A DNA stretch of 64,000 bases. It comes from Hypanus sabinus (Eukaryota). The notes under the pieces are model-generated. The model had not been told where the DNA came from. It was given only the letters and a program-made list of their open reading frames with translations, and ran no database searches. How positions within the stretch are numbered: the stretch's first letter is position 1; each line of letters starts with the position of its first letter. The position numbers were made by a program, and so were the translations under genes. The stretch covers positions 28,830,001 through 28,894,000 of the forward strand of contig NC_082733.1 in NCBI RefSeq assembly GCF_030144855.1, in the 5' to 3' direction. Positions 1 to 12,422 of this stretch are shown piece by piece.

Positions 1-1225
1 CTCTTAAACCTTATAAAGCTGTTCATGCAAATAGTTGTAAATCTTTGGAGTCCGTTACCTCAGCTGATTGTAGATGCTCAGTCATTAAGTATATTCAAGG
101 ATGAGGTTGAAAAGATATTAGCACGCCGCACATGTCAAAGAGTTTGAGAATTGAGAGAAATGAAATTGGCTTATTATTGTCATATTATCAAAGTACAGTG
201 AAAAACATTGATTTGCATGCCATCAATACAGATAATCTCATTACATCAATACATCAAAGTAGTTCAAGGGACAGCAATAACTGGATGCATAATATAATGT
301 TAGAGAGAGAGAGAGAGAGAGAGGACTCTAGGCAGACAATAAGGTCATGATGAGGTAGATTGTGAGGTCAGGAGTCCAGCTTATCATACAAGGAGTCCGT
401 TCAATAGTCTTATAGCAGCGGGATAGAAGCTGTTCTTAAGCTGTACGGTCCCTGCTTTCAGGATTTTTTATCTTCTGCCCAATGGGAAGGGTGAACAGAG
501 TGAATGTCAGAAGTGGAAGGGGTCTTCAATTATGTTCAGTCATAGGGGTCATAGAGTTGCCAGCAACGGTGGTGGAGACAGATACGATAGGGTCTTTGAA
601 CAGACTCCTGATAAGGTACATGGAGCTTAGAAAAATAGAGGGCTATGGCTAACCCCAGGTAATTTCTAAAGAAAGTACATGTTCGGCACAGCATTGTGGG
701 CAGAAGGGCCTGCATTGTACTGTAGGCTTTCTGTGATCTATGTTCTATGTTACACAGCTTAGGAACAGGCCCTTTGGCCCAACTGGTCCATGCTAACCTT
801 TGCATCCTGCCTGCTAGTCCAGTTGCACTAATTCAGCCCTTAACCCTCTAAGCCTCTCCCTTCCATGTACCTATTCAAATGCCTCTTAAACGTTGCAATT
901 GCACCCACCTCAACCACTTCCTCTGGTAGATCTTTCTAGGTACTCACTACCCTCTGTGTAAATAAGTAAGTTACCTCTCAGGTCCCTTTTATCTGTATCT
1001 GTGCCCTCTAGTTTTGGACTCCACAGCCCTGGACAGAAGGCTTTGTTAGTTCCCCTTATCCATACCCCTCATGACATTATAAACTTGCATGAGGTTGCTT
1101 CAGGAAATGAAGATCCAGTATGGCCAACTTCTCCCGATAACTCTGAGCCCCTCTAGTCCAGGCAGCGTCCTCATAAATCTCTTCTGTACCCTCTCCAGCT
1201 TGAGAATGATAGGGTGACCAAAATT

Positions 1226-2140
1226 CAGATTCAGATTCAGTTTATTGTCATTTAAAAACCACAAATGCAATGCAGTTAAAAAATGAGACAATGTTCCTCC
1301 AGAATGATATCAACAAAGCACATGACAAAATAGACTACACCAGAAAATCCACATAATGTTTGGCAATCCACAATCCAGAGTCCGGAGAGGCTGCTGTGTA
1401 TTAATATCGCGCTACCATCTTAACGCATTCCCCGGAAAGGAGCTCTAGTTCCACCAGACAAAACAAGACCAAAAACTAAAGCTACAAGACCTGCACAAAA
1501 CCACATAGTTACAACAGTGCAAACAATAGCATAATTTGATAAAAAAAAACAGACCACGGGCAAGGTAAAAATAGTCCAAAGATGTTAAAAGTTCGAAAGA
1601 AACCACCACACAGTTTCCACAATTCCTCAGGGTCCCGATAGACTTGTCATCCCACGCCAGCGGCAGAAGGGAATACCCCCGCTATGGACTTCCATGGCAC
1701 CGCCCGACTCAGCCTTGTAGACGCAGCACACAATGAAAGCTCCGTTGAAACACAGCACACACTGAAAGCGACCTGACTGCAGTGGGCTCTGAGTCCGTTG
1801 AACCTCCAAGCCTCCAACCATCCCCTCCGGCACAGCTTCTCCGAGCACCATCCTCTGCCGAGCGTATTAAGACGCCCCCGCCAACGGCCACCGGCAACGC
1901 AACCCCGAGGATTGGGGGCCTGTTCTTCTCAGCAAAGACCAAGACCTCACAGCAGCAGCAGCAACGAAAAGGGCCTTCCTGGAGATTTCCAGATGTTCCT
2001 CCATGCTCCGTGCTCCCATGTCCGTTTTATCATTAGATTAGGATTGTGCACAGCACCCTGCTTGACAAATAACAAATTACATATCAGCTCAGGAGTGGCC
2101 ACTGTAGGCTGCGTCATGCCGCCATCTTGAAATCTTGAAA
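1226..2140 (-). mobile_element. Non-autonomous LINE-derived (probably L2-related) element nested in CR1
   Basis: 5' end AAGATGGCGGC, 3' (CTGAAT)n tail, CpG-rich; splits the CR1 with a possible AAATT duplication. Confidence 0.55.
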
Positions 2141-2338
2141 TTATACATAATATTCTAAGTGCAGCCTCATCAACAACTTGTATAACTGTGACATACTCTA
2201 AAGCTCTAAAGCCAAGATAGTAAATGCATCCTTCACCACCCTATCCACTTGCATAGTTGCTTTCAGCGAACTATACCCTTGTATTCCCAGATTCCCCTTT
2301 TCCCACAATACTCCTCAGTGCCCTGCCATTCAAAATGT

Positions 2339-2648
2339 TGTGTTGGTGTGTGGCCAAGTGGTTAAGGTGTTCGTCTAGTGATCTGAAGGTCGCTAGTTCG
2401 AGCCTTGGCTGAGGCTGTGTGTGTGTCGATGAGCAAGGCACTTAACCACACATTGATCTGCGACAACACCAGTGCCAAGCTGTATAGGTCCTAATACCCT
2501 TCCCTTGGACAACATCGGTGGCGTGGAGAGGGGAGACTTGCAGCTTGGGCAACTGCTGATCTTCCATAAAAAATACCTTGCCCAGGCTTGCGCCCTGGAA
2601 ATTTTCCAAGGCACAAATCCATGGTCTATCAAGACTAATGGAGGCCTA
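2339..2648 (+). mobile_element. tRNA-derived SINE with 12-bp TSD
   Basis: A-box TGGCCAAGTGG, B-box-like GTTCGAGCC; TSD CATTCAAAATGT at 2327-2338 and 2649-2660. Confidence 0.85.
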
Positions 2649-4458
2649 CATTCAAAATGTAAGTCCAACTTGGTTTGACTGTCCAAAATGCATCACTTGG
2701 CACTTATCTGAGTTGAAATCCAGTTGTCATTCCTCAGCCCATCTACCTACCTTGGGGGCTCCCAACTTTTTTAACCGAGGGAACCTCTGCCCTCAAGATC
2801 TTTTTGCAATTCATCGTAACTTGTTTCACTATCAACAAGACCTCCTGACTTAGCATCATCAGCAAGATCATCTCATTCACATTCACATCCATATCATTTA
2901 CACAAACAATGAATAACAGAGGTCCCAACACTGACCCTGGGGCACCCCACTAGTCACTGGCCTCCCATCAGAAAATTGACCTTCAGCCATCCCTCTCTGC
3001 TTCCTATCGTCAAGCCAATTCTGAATCCACCTCACTGGCTCCCCTTGAATCTCATGTGACCTAAATTTCTAAAGTCAGCCTGCCACGTGTGACCTTATCA
3101 AAGACCTTACTAAAGTCTATATAGACAACATCCACTGCTCTTCATTTATCCCCTTACATACCTCTTAAAAAATAATCCAAAGAATTCCTCAAACATGGCC
3201 TCCCACACGTAAAACCATGCTGACTAGTCCTGATCAGCCTTTGACTATCCATATGATGTTAGATCTTGTTCTTCAGAATTCCCTTCATTAACTTCCCTAC
3301 AATTGAAGTCAGGCTCATCAGCCTGTAATTTCCTGGCCTGTCCTTGTCGTCCTTGAACAAAGGAACTTTAGCCACCCTCTAGTGTACTGGAACTTTACCA
3401 GCAGCTAAGAATGAAACAAATATCTTCTATAACAGCCTCTGTGATTTCTTGAGCAAACACGAGGAAATCTGCCCCCCACTACTTTCAAATCTCTTAGTAT
3501 CTCTCCTTTCAGTTAGTCTTGACGAAGGGTCTCGGCCCGAAATGTCAGCAGTGCTTCTCCTATAGATGCTGCCTAGCCTGCTGTGTTCCACCAGCATTTT
3601 GCATGTGTTCTCTGTGATTTCTTCCCTGGTTTCCAATAAGGTCCAGGGCTGCACACGGTCAAGCCCCGTTGGCTGATTTATAGAAGTCCATGGGTGGGTG
3701 GGGGGGGGGGGGGGAATGGTGGTGGGAGGCTGGTTTTCATGATGTACTGAGATGTGTCCACAACTCTGTGGTTTCTTGCAAACTCAGGCAAACAAGTTTC
3801 CAAACTAACCTTGCAGTCTTGGGAATAATAAGACCATAAGATATAGGAGAAGAAGTAGGCCATTTGGCCCGTCGAGTCTGCTCTGCCATTAACTCATGGG
3901 CTTATCCAATTCTTCCAGCCATCCCATTCCCCTGCTTTCACCCCATACCCTTTGACGCCCTAGCTAATCAAGATTATAGCTATCTCTGCCTTAAATGCAC
4001 CCAATGACTTGGCCTTTGCAGCTGCTCGTGGCAACAAATTCCACAGATATACCACCCTCTGACTGAAGTAACTTCTCCACATCTCAGTTTTAAGTGAACG
4101 TCCTTGTCCTAGAATCCCCTACCATGAGAAATAACTTTGCCATGTCTAAGCCATGGTACAAAATTGGAGAAAGCGTTGGAGAAGGCCGTATACCATCACC
4201 GCCTTCAGACTTTTAGAATGTAAACTTTTGGTTATGTTCTGTATACAATCACATTAAAACTTCCTGTCTTAAGTGGAGTATCAGAAATGATCAAAGTGCT
4301 GTTCCTGAGAGCACAACAGTCATTTAAAACAATCTGCATTCTAAGATACTTATTTTAGATAGCTTTGATGTTTCATAGTCTTTTAGGTATTTGGTGTTTA
4401 TTAACTTGCAGTGCTAATGCATTTTGAACAAGCACATCTGCTCTGACTTTTTTTTCAG

Positions 4459-4849
4459 GCAAGTAAGCAAATCTGATGGACTCTCACTGGCATCCAAATA
4501 TAACTGCTCCTTCTATGAAGTCTCTGCCTGCTTGGACTTTGAGCCTGTACAGCACGTGTTCCATGAGTTGGTGCGTGAGGTGAGGCGAGAGATGGAGCGC
4601 CACCTTCCCGTCAGACCGCTCTTCATTTCTGAGGAAAGGCCCGTGCTGGGCACTCCCCACCCCCCTGCCTTTGCCCATGCCGTTAAGCACCACCCACCCG
4701 CGTTCGGAACCCAGCGTCTCTCCACTGCCACCTACAAGGAAATTCCCACCATCACTTCAGCCAAACTTGTCACCGTGAAGTCAGCAAGAGCTCAAAGCAA
4801 GCGGAGGACTCCCACTCTAACCTTGCTTAAAGGATTCAAGATATTTTAA
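4459..4849 (+). CDS. RASL12: Ras-like protein family member 12, last coding exon
   Basis: Acceptor tttttttcag|G at 4458/4459. Encodes QVSKSDGLSLASKYNCSFYEVSA (G5-box region) and ends AKLVTVKSARAQSKRRTPTLTLLKGFKIF*, matching the distinctive RASL12 C-terminus. TAA at 4847-4849; AATAAA at 4873-4878. Upstream exons not found in the window. Confidence 0.95.
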
Positions 4850-5127
4850 AAATGTTAACCATCACATTGAATAATAAAGCTCCATGTAACCAGCTCTTAC
4901 CAACTAGGTAGGTCATATATCTTGTTCTAAGGATGGTATATGTGGAACTAAAACCGTCACAAACCTTTATTATATTAACCAACTTGAGAGTGCACCATTC
5001 ATCCGGCATTGACATAATCTTGGGTTCAGGTTTTATGGATTCAAAAATGAGTAAGTCACCCACAATGGTATCTTTTTGATGGTTGCCAGTGCTTTCAGGA
5101 AAAAATAATCAGAGTGAACAGGAGTTT

Positions 5128-5520
5128 TTACATTCTCCCCATGACCACGTGAGTTTTCTCCAAGTGCTCTGGTTTCCTCCCACAGTCCAAAGGTGTAGTG
5201 GTTAGAAAGTCAATTTTTTTTTTTTCGTTCCTTTCCGTGCCTTGTTGCACAATGGGTGGCAACCTTGCCGTTTCTTTAGCATTCGTCTGTTTTTTACGAG
5301 GCTGAGTTTCTAGTTTGACGCTCAACCCAGCACGGATGGAAAGCGTGCGAGGTGCTTGCCGGTTTCGAACCCGGGACCACTCGCCTTGAAGTCCAGTGTG
5401 GATGCCACTACACCGCCAGCTGGGTTAACAGTAGGTTAATTGGTCATTGTAAATTGGATTAGGGTTGAATGGGTGGACTGCCGGGTGGTGCTGTTGGTTG
5501 GGTCTGTTCCGGGTTTATAG
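5128..5520 (+). mobile_element. V-SINE (HE1-like) with a nested minus-strand poly(A)-tailed tRNA SINE (about 5214-5424)
   Basis: V-domain TGCTCTGGTTTCCTCCCACAGTCCAAAG. The nested element has A-box TGGCGGTGTAGTGG, B-box GGTTCGAAACC and an A tail; a second copy lies at about 6608-6800. Confidence 0.7.
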
Positions 5521-8500
5521 ACAATGGCGGTTGTAGAATCTGCGGCAGGAATTCACTCCATAAATGAAAGAATGTGGAATCTTCCCAACAATCTGAAGAA
5601 AATAACACTGCATAGGCAGGAGACGATAAGGGAAGTCAAGGATACTCTCTCAGTACATTTGAAATGTAAACATGACTGTAGTAACAAGGACAGTGGAGCG
5701 AGCGAGCTTGTCAATGATCGACATTGAAAGTTACATTTAGTTTTCAAAATTTGTCATTCACAAAAAAAATCAAAATTTTCTGCTTTAATAATAAAGAAGA
5801 TACACGGAAGCTCAACAAGTTCACAAATGTTCTGAACTGTGAGTTTTGTTTGTTGCTGAAGATGGACTGAAGCCAGTGTTGCTAACGTCCTGTGAAGGTG
5901 CTGTGAGCAATCTTGTTGAATCAGTGAAGACGTTGTGGTGAGTGTGGTCCCACTGAGCTGGTAGGAAGGAAGTTCCAGAATGATGATCCTGCAAAGGTGA
6001 AGGGCCAATGAAACACTAATAAACACAAGAGGTTCTGCAGATGCTGGGAGTCCAGAGCAATGCACACAAAATGCTGGGAAAACTCTGAAGAGGAATAAAC
6101 AGTTGATGTTTCAGGCTGAGACCCTTCATCATTGTGTTGTCAGTGGAATAATCCCAAGACAGGAGTTTATATAATTTGGCAAAGAAATTGGAGTTAAGCA
6201 TTTGGAAGAGTGCTTACGCATTTCCCAGTGGACACGTGCTTACAGAACAACGCTGCTCATAATTTGAATACTAATAAGTAACCAACTCATTTCTAAGATC
6301 AGACAGTTATTCAGAGAAAAGAATTATTCATATTCTTACAACTCTAGGTTGTTATTTTGTATTTGACAACTTCATTTAACATCCGACGATGATTTTATCT
6401 GCATACTCGTAACCAGTGTTGATTTTGAAGTTAGAATTAGGGTATCCTTTGTCAAACAAACAAGGCAATTAACCAATAACAATATATCAACCTGTAATTC
6501 CCACTAAGTAGTTTCCACTGTTGCTATGGTATTCTATGTGTTGCACCTGATGCCTGCTGACTTATGTTTCATCCATAAAGTGAAACAGCACAATCTTTCT
6601 TTCATCATTTTTTTTTGTTCCTTTCTGCGTCTTGTGGTGCATCGGACAGCACCCTTCCCATTTCTTTAGCACTTTTGTCTATTGAGGCTGAGCTGGTAAC
6701 TCATCACTCAGCCAAGCATAGATGGAAAGTGTGCAAGGATTCAAATCTGGACCACTCACCTCCAAGTCCAGTGCGGAAGCCACTACCCCACCAGCTGGCT
6801 ATCATATATTTTGTTAACAGTATATTTGAATATATTTGCTGATTGGCAGAACAACTATATTTCAAAAGTTCTCTTCAGTTGTTCTTTGAATAATATGAGA
6901 GAGAAACAAAATTTTGTTTGGATTAATAAACATTGAGTAATATTTTGTGGGCTCTTTGTTCTCACCCAGGTATATAATTGCTTCTTGTATTTCAGCTGAA
7001 ATTTCTTATCTTTCCTCAAACATGAGTTATTATTAATAGGTGACCAACAAAATTCAGCAATAACAATTACTAATCCAACAGAGTCTTTGTTAACTCTCTG
7101 TAACAGCAGGAAGGTGCTCATGCAATTTACAGCTACATATCATAACCCTCTTACAGGGATCGCAAATGTGCCTTCTTAGAGTACAATGATGCTTCAAATC
7201 TTCAGAAACAGCACAAGCATTTAGATGAAGTTGCAAAACTCATCCTGCTTTGTGTCATTGTTAAATCTGCATTTAAGAGCACTTCAATGAACAATTGAAT
7301 TGGCTGCTCTACTTTTTAAAAATATGTGTACCATTGTGGCACAAATGCCTCACCATATCTATTGACAGTGGAGGCAAATGTTCGTAAGGCTTCCCCTACA
7401 AAGCAAAGCCTGCTGTCTGTCACATTAAATGGGAAACCTCGGGATTGGTTTGCTTTTTTTTTGAAGCACTTGATCAAGGGTTCCCAACCTGGGACCCATG
7501 GACTCCTCGGTTAAGGGTGGGGGTCCAGGGTATAAGAAAGGTTGGCAATCCCTGTTTAGATCAATGCACTGTTTCCCCTTCCAGATGAAAGGCTTCAATT
7601 CAAAATGTCTGCTATCCATTTCCTGGTGCCTAACCTGCTAAGTTTCTCCAGCAGTTTGCTTTATTTTGGTCCAGATTCCAGATCTGCAGTCCTCTGTGTC
7701 TCTACTATTTACATGCCTTGCAACATTACACTAATATACGCTGTCCCATATGAAGCTCCTATGGCTATTCCTTTATTGACCTATTTGCAGATGGCTATGA
7801 GCACGTATCTACCCTTAACTTTGGTTCCTTGATATCGCCGTGATTGTCAGTGACAGCACCAAAAGGAAGAACTTTCCTGCAAAATTGCTCCGCTAAGTGT
7901 CACATGTCTAATTGGAGTGCAAGTAATTAAAAAGAAACTGCACAATATTTTTACTTCAACAAGAAATGTTGATAAAACTTTATTTAAATGAAAACTGATA
8001 CTTTACACCACAATTGTAGAAATATGCAAGAAATTTATAAATACAAACAACGTGGCAAGATTGTGTGGCCATTTTTAAATTGTTTTGATAAAGTATAACA
8101 CAAGGAATTTAGTCAATTACTCTCCACCTTTTTAAGGAGTTTGCTATTTTATATCAGTCTCAGGAAGAGACCTCTTATTTCCACGAGGATTTCTGTGAGA
8201 TGTGAGACCAGCCTGAAGGGCAAACTACAACTTACTGATTTAAGCCAAGGTGTTGGCAACACAGCTAATACTGAAATAGTTTGGCTCTAAAGGTTCGAGG
8301 TTTGGCCCCCAAATCGGTTAAAGAATCAATTGCCACGGATGTGCATGACACTTCTTTGGAATATTCCCATAAAATGTTTCACTTGACTAAAACAGAATAT
8401 AGGGAAAAATTAAAAGTAACAGATGGTTTAAATGATGGGATTGACTTAACTTCCAAAAAGAATTGAAGGTATTTATTACTACAAGTTATAAAAGCCATTT

Positions 8501-9989
8501 ATTTTAACAATCAAATAAAAAAAAACATACTGAAGCATTTTTTGACAATCCAGAGTCCACAGTTCTACATTTGAGGTCTGGAGGGAAAAAGAATATTTTG
8601 GGTTAAAACATCTTTCAGGCTTTCTTTTTTCATAGCTATGTATGTTCAATAATGTTCTAAGATTAAAATCATTTAACTCTGCATGTATATTTGCATTAGG
8701 GAACAGTGGATCGATAAAGTACTGTATAATGGGTTGGCTATGCTATGGCGCAGGTAGACAGCAACTTCAATCAGTTCATAGTCAGTGATCATACCAGGAC
8801 TTGTTGGAAATGAGAACCATTTACAGCTCGGTGAGGTAGTGAGGCATTTTAATGGATGACATGATTGTGCTATCTCCTTTTAAACCAATGAGGCTTAAAA
8901 AAGAATCTCTGACCATAGATAAATCTGAATCCAATTGGTTAATGGAGAAATAGGGAGAGGAAAATAAATCTTAGGGTAATGGAGTGAGAGAATGAAAAGG
9001 CATGCATTCGGGCTGTTGGTGTAAAGTGGTTTCCAAGGTAAGAAGTGCATTAAATGTTGCAATGAGACCCCAAGACATAGGAGCAGAATTAAGCTATTCG
9101 ATCCAACAATCTGCTGTGTCATTTCATCCTGGCTGATTTATTATCCTTCTCTACCCCAGTCTCCTGCCTTCTCCTCATAAGCTTTGATGCCCTTATTAAT
9201 CCTGAACCTATCAACCTCTGCTTTAATTGTGCCCAGTGGGTTGCCCTCCACAGCCATCTGTGGCAATAGGTTCGACAGATTCATCACCTCTAGCTAAAGA
9301 AATTCCTCCTCATTTCTCCTTCCATTTTAAGACTGTGCCCTCTGGTCCTAGACTCCCCCACTGCAGGAAATATCCTATCCACGTCCACCCTATCTAACTC
9401 AATATTCAATAGGTTTCAGCAAATTTCCCCTCATTCTCCTAAACTCCAGCAAGGACAGGCCCAAAACCATCAAATGCTCCTCACACATTAACCCTCACAT
9501 TCATTAGGGAAACACAACAGCCAATTAGTGCTCAGTAAGCTCCCACAAACAACAAGTGATCTTAGCCAGTAATTCTGTTTTAGTTATGTGGCTAGAGATG
9601 CACTTTTATGCAACACAAAAAAACCATGAAGCATTTCATGTCTACCTGAGAGAGCTCAGAGGATCCTGGTTTAACAACTTATCCAAAAGATGGTACTATT
9701 GACAATGAAACACTTCCTCAGTCTAGATTTTTGTGCTCAAGCATCTTGATGGGGTCTTAAGCATTGAAGGCACAGACTGTGGTTTTTCCCCTGGGTTGGG
9801 GAATCAAGAACTAAAGAACACAAGCTTAAGGTGAAAGGAGAGAGATTTCATGGGAAACAGGGGGTCACATCTTTCACCCAGAGGGTGGTTGGTATATGCA
9901 ATGAGCTGCCAAAGGAAGTGGTTGGGGCAAATTTAGTAATAGCATTTAAAAGTCACTTGGGCAGGTATATGGACGTGAAAGGTATAGAG

Positions 9990-10068
9990 CAGACATTCCC
10001 AACCTTTTTCAAGCCATAGATCAATACTTTAAGCAAGGGGCCCAGAGACCCCAGGTTGGGAACTCATG
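9990..10068. mobile_element. hAT-type MITE (about 80 bp)
   Basis: TIRs CAGACATTCCCAACCT / AGGTTGGGAACTCATG; 8-bp TSD GTATAGAG/GTTTAGAG. Related copy at 7475-7554. Confidence 0.65.
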
Positions 10069-12151
10069 GTTTAGAGGGATAAAGGCCAACTGGGAAAACA
10101 GTCGTCCCAACAAACCACTTATTTTGTTGCTGCTGTCGCTAGTGTATCCTGTGAACGTGGTGGGTATGTTACTGTATGTTGGCACTGTGATGTGTTGCAA
10201 AACTTGAGGCCTGTCCCCAGCACAGCCTTAGGTTGTGTTGGTTGTTCATTGTATTTCACTCTTAAGTTTCGAGGTACAAGTGGTAAAGAAACAAATCTGA
10301 ATTTGAACATGACTAGATTATCTGGGAATCTTGGTCAGTATGAACCAGTTGGGCTGAAGGGCCTCTTCCATGCCGAATGACACCATGATTCTAATTGTTA
10401 AAGACAGAATGGGTAAATAAGAAAGAATTAATTATTTGTCACGTTTAAAATTTCTAAGTTGACTGTGTATTGAAAATGAGATCAGGCAATTTAAATTGCT
10501 GCCATCTGCAGCCAGATAAATGTAGTGGCAGCTATCATATTGCTAAAAGGTACCCGAATCCTTAATCACCAGATTTAGCAATCTACTGCAGGTTCTATGG
10601 ACAACTGATGTGCAAACTCATTGTGTTCTTCAAAGCAGTGAAGAATCTATGAGAGTGTGAGGTGGCACTTGCACAAAATGAATAGCATATCACGGTCAAT
10701 CCCCTCCGGTCATTGAATATGAATGTTCATTTGCATAATAGCTTTGTGTGCTCACAGTCACATTGCTATTTTGCCAAGTAGATTGGAGAAAAGTACCAGC
10801 ACTGGTCACATAGTAAGGTCTGCTTGTTAACATAGACCAGGTACAGAGCAACCATGCACAAACAGCCCACAAACGAACTGTGACAGGATTTTTCTTGAGT
10901 TTTGCTTGCAGTGGCAAGTTTCACACACTTACCACCCATACTAATTTTATTTTGGCCTCCCCCACAAATAGAGGCATCTTCTCTTCATCTATGCTGTTGT
11001 ACTCCTTTATAACTTTGAGGCGTAGATGATGTAATACACAATTGGGTATGTTGGCCAGGGTACGCCGGTCATGCGGTCAACACCCCGATTCCCGAAATAG
11101 GCATGTTGGTCCCACGTCAATCACGGGAAGGGCTTGACAGGGGATAGAGGAAATGGTTGAGGAACATATGAAAAGCAAATTCAATTTTGCCACTCCTGTG
11201 AGTGGAGATGGAGCAATTGGGATGGTTTCAGGAATATGCAGAGACTTTGAGAAGGTGGAAGGAGTGAAACATGTCACATTCCACCCATCTGCCCAGTTGT
11301 CCACTATTTGCCTCAGCTGCAGAAGGGTCTATGATTCCCTCATTAAGGTGGTTAATGAGACCTGAATTCACAACACTAGTTTGCAAGTCAGTCATCCTCA
11401 AACATTAAGGCATATTTAAGAAGAAATTTAACATTTTCTCTTTTTTCAGACTATTGTTAAAGGGTTTAAACTTCAGTACATTCCTTGGCTTTTGCAGCCT
11501 TGTTAATACGTGGGCTCAGTTTGGGTATAGGCATTCCTTTGCAACACACACAAAATGCTGGAGGAAATCAGCAGCATGCATTCCTTCCCTCTAGGAGTCA
11601 GTTTAGACACTTACTTTCCAAGCAGCGTACCGAATGTGCAATCCTCCCAATGAAAGCAATCCCTCACACTCAGCAAATCAAGGATTACTTTTCCATTCAT
11701 AGTTGATAATGCAAAAACAAAATGCTATAATCCAAATAGGAAATGAAACAAACTACTCAGCAGATCAGGCAACATCTACGCAGAGAAAACCATGATTATT
11801 GCTTCAGATCAACGATATTTCAGTAGTGCTTGATCGGCTGAGGAATTCTAATATTTTCTTTTTTATTTTGGATTTATCAATGCACTTAGCCACAGTCTTC
11901 CTTGGAATTAATTATCTTGGTGTTTCTGCAAACTTGTACATTTAATCTCCAAGTCCTGAGTAAAATTGTGAATGATAGTATTCCCAGCAATAACCCAAGT
12001 GACATATTACTTAATACACAAAAGCATTTATCACTTTTCCCTATTTTATAGCCAGCTTGCTAACCCATTTCCTTTAATTTATTAGAAATACTTTAAGATA
12101 AAAGTCAATAATTCTTGTAATAAAATGACTTAAGTGAAACACTGAAGGATG

Positions 12152-12422
12152 CTACACATCATCTTCCTTTCCATCCATGAAAAGGGAGCTTATATTTCCA
12201 TCCTTCCATTCAACCAAGATCTGTCCAGGTTTTGGTGACATCTTTGGAGTTGGAGTCTGTGCCACTGCGTTCAAGGGAACAAAGGCCTGCTTGGTCTGTA
12301 ACATCTCAGTGATATGGTCTGTCTCAGTGATATTGTCAACTTCAACCCCATACTGGATCGCCTTCTTGATTGAGTCTGTGTCCGTTTCGTTCTTGTCCCG
12401 TGCTTCATTAAGCTTACGCCGT
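12152..12422 (-). CDS. SLC51B: OSTbeta last coding exon (cytoplasmic tail)
   Basis: Acceptor ttttcctattgtag|, 271 nt. Encodes RRKLNEARDKNETDTDSIKKAIQYGVEVDNITETDHITEMLQTKQAFVPLNAVAQTPTPKMSPKPGQILVEWKDGNISSLFMDGKEDDV*. The GQILVEWKDGN...EDDV end is typical of non-mammalian OSTbeta. Tail-to-tail with RASL12, as in human. Confidence 0.92.

Larger units (their letters stand above)
751..3445 (-). mobile_element. CR1-type LINE fragment, interrupted by two insertions
   Basis: RT remnants LGPLLFIVCVNDMD (2743-2931) and LERVQKRFMRTLPGLEGL (1100-1291); the CR1 sequence resumes across inserts at 1226-2140 and 2339-2648. Confidence 0.8.

Noticed and set aside
2339-2415. tRNA-like sequence
   Set aside because: It is the head of a SINE with TSDs and a second copy in the window, not a tRNA gene.
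4800-4849. Ras-family protein lacking a CAAX box
   Set aside because: The KGFKIF end is the normal RASL12 C-terminus, so this is not novel.
11040-11370. CpG-containing segment with a 70-aa ORF and a small CTCATTAA/TTAATGAG hairpin
   Set aside because: No recognisable homology or splice context; probably an old repeat or UTR sequence.
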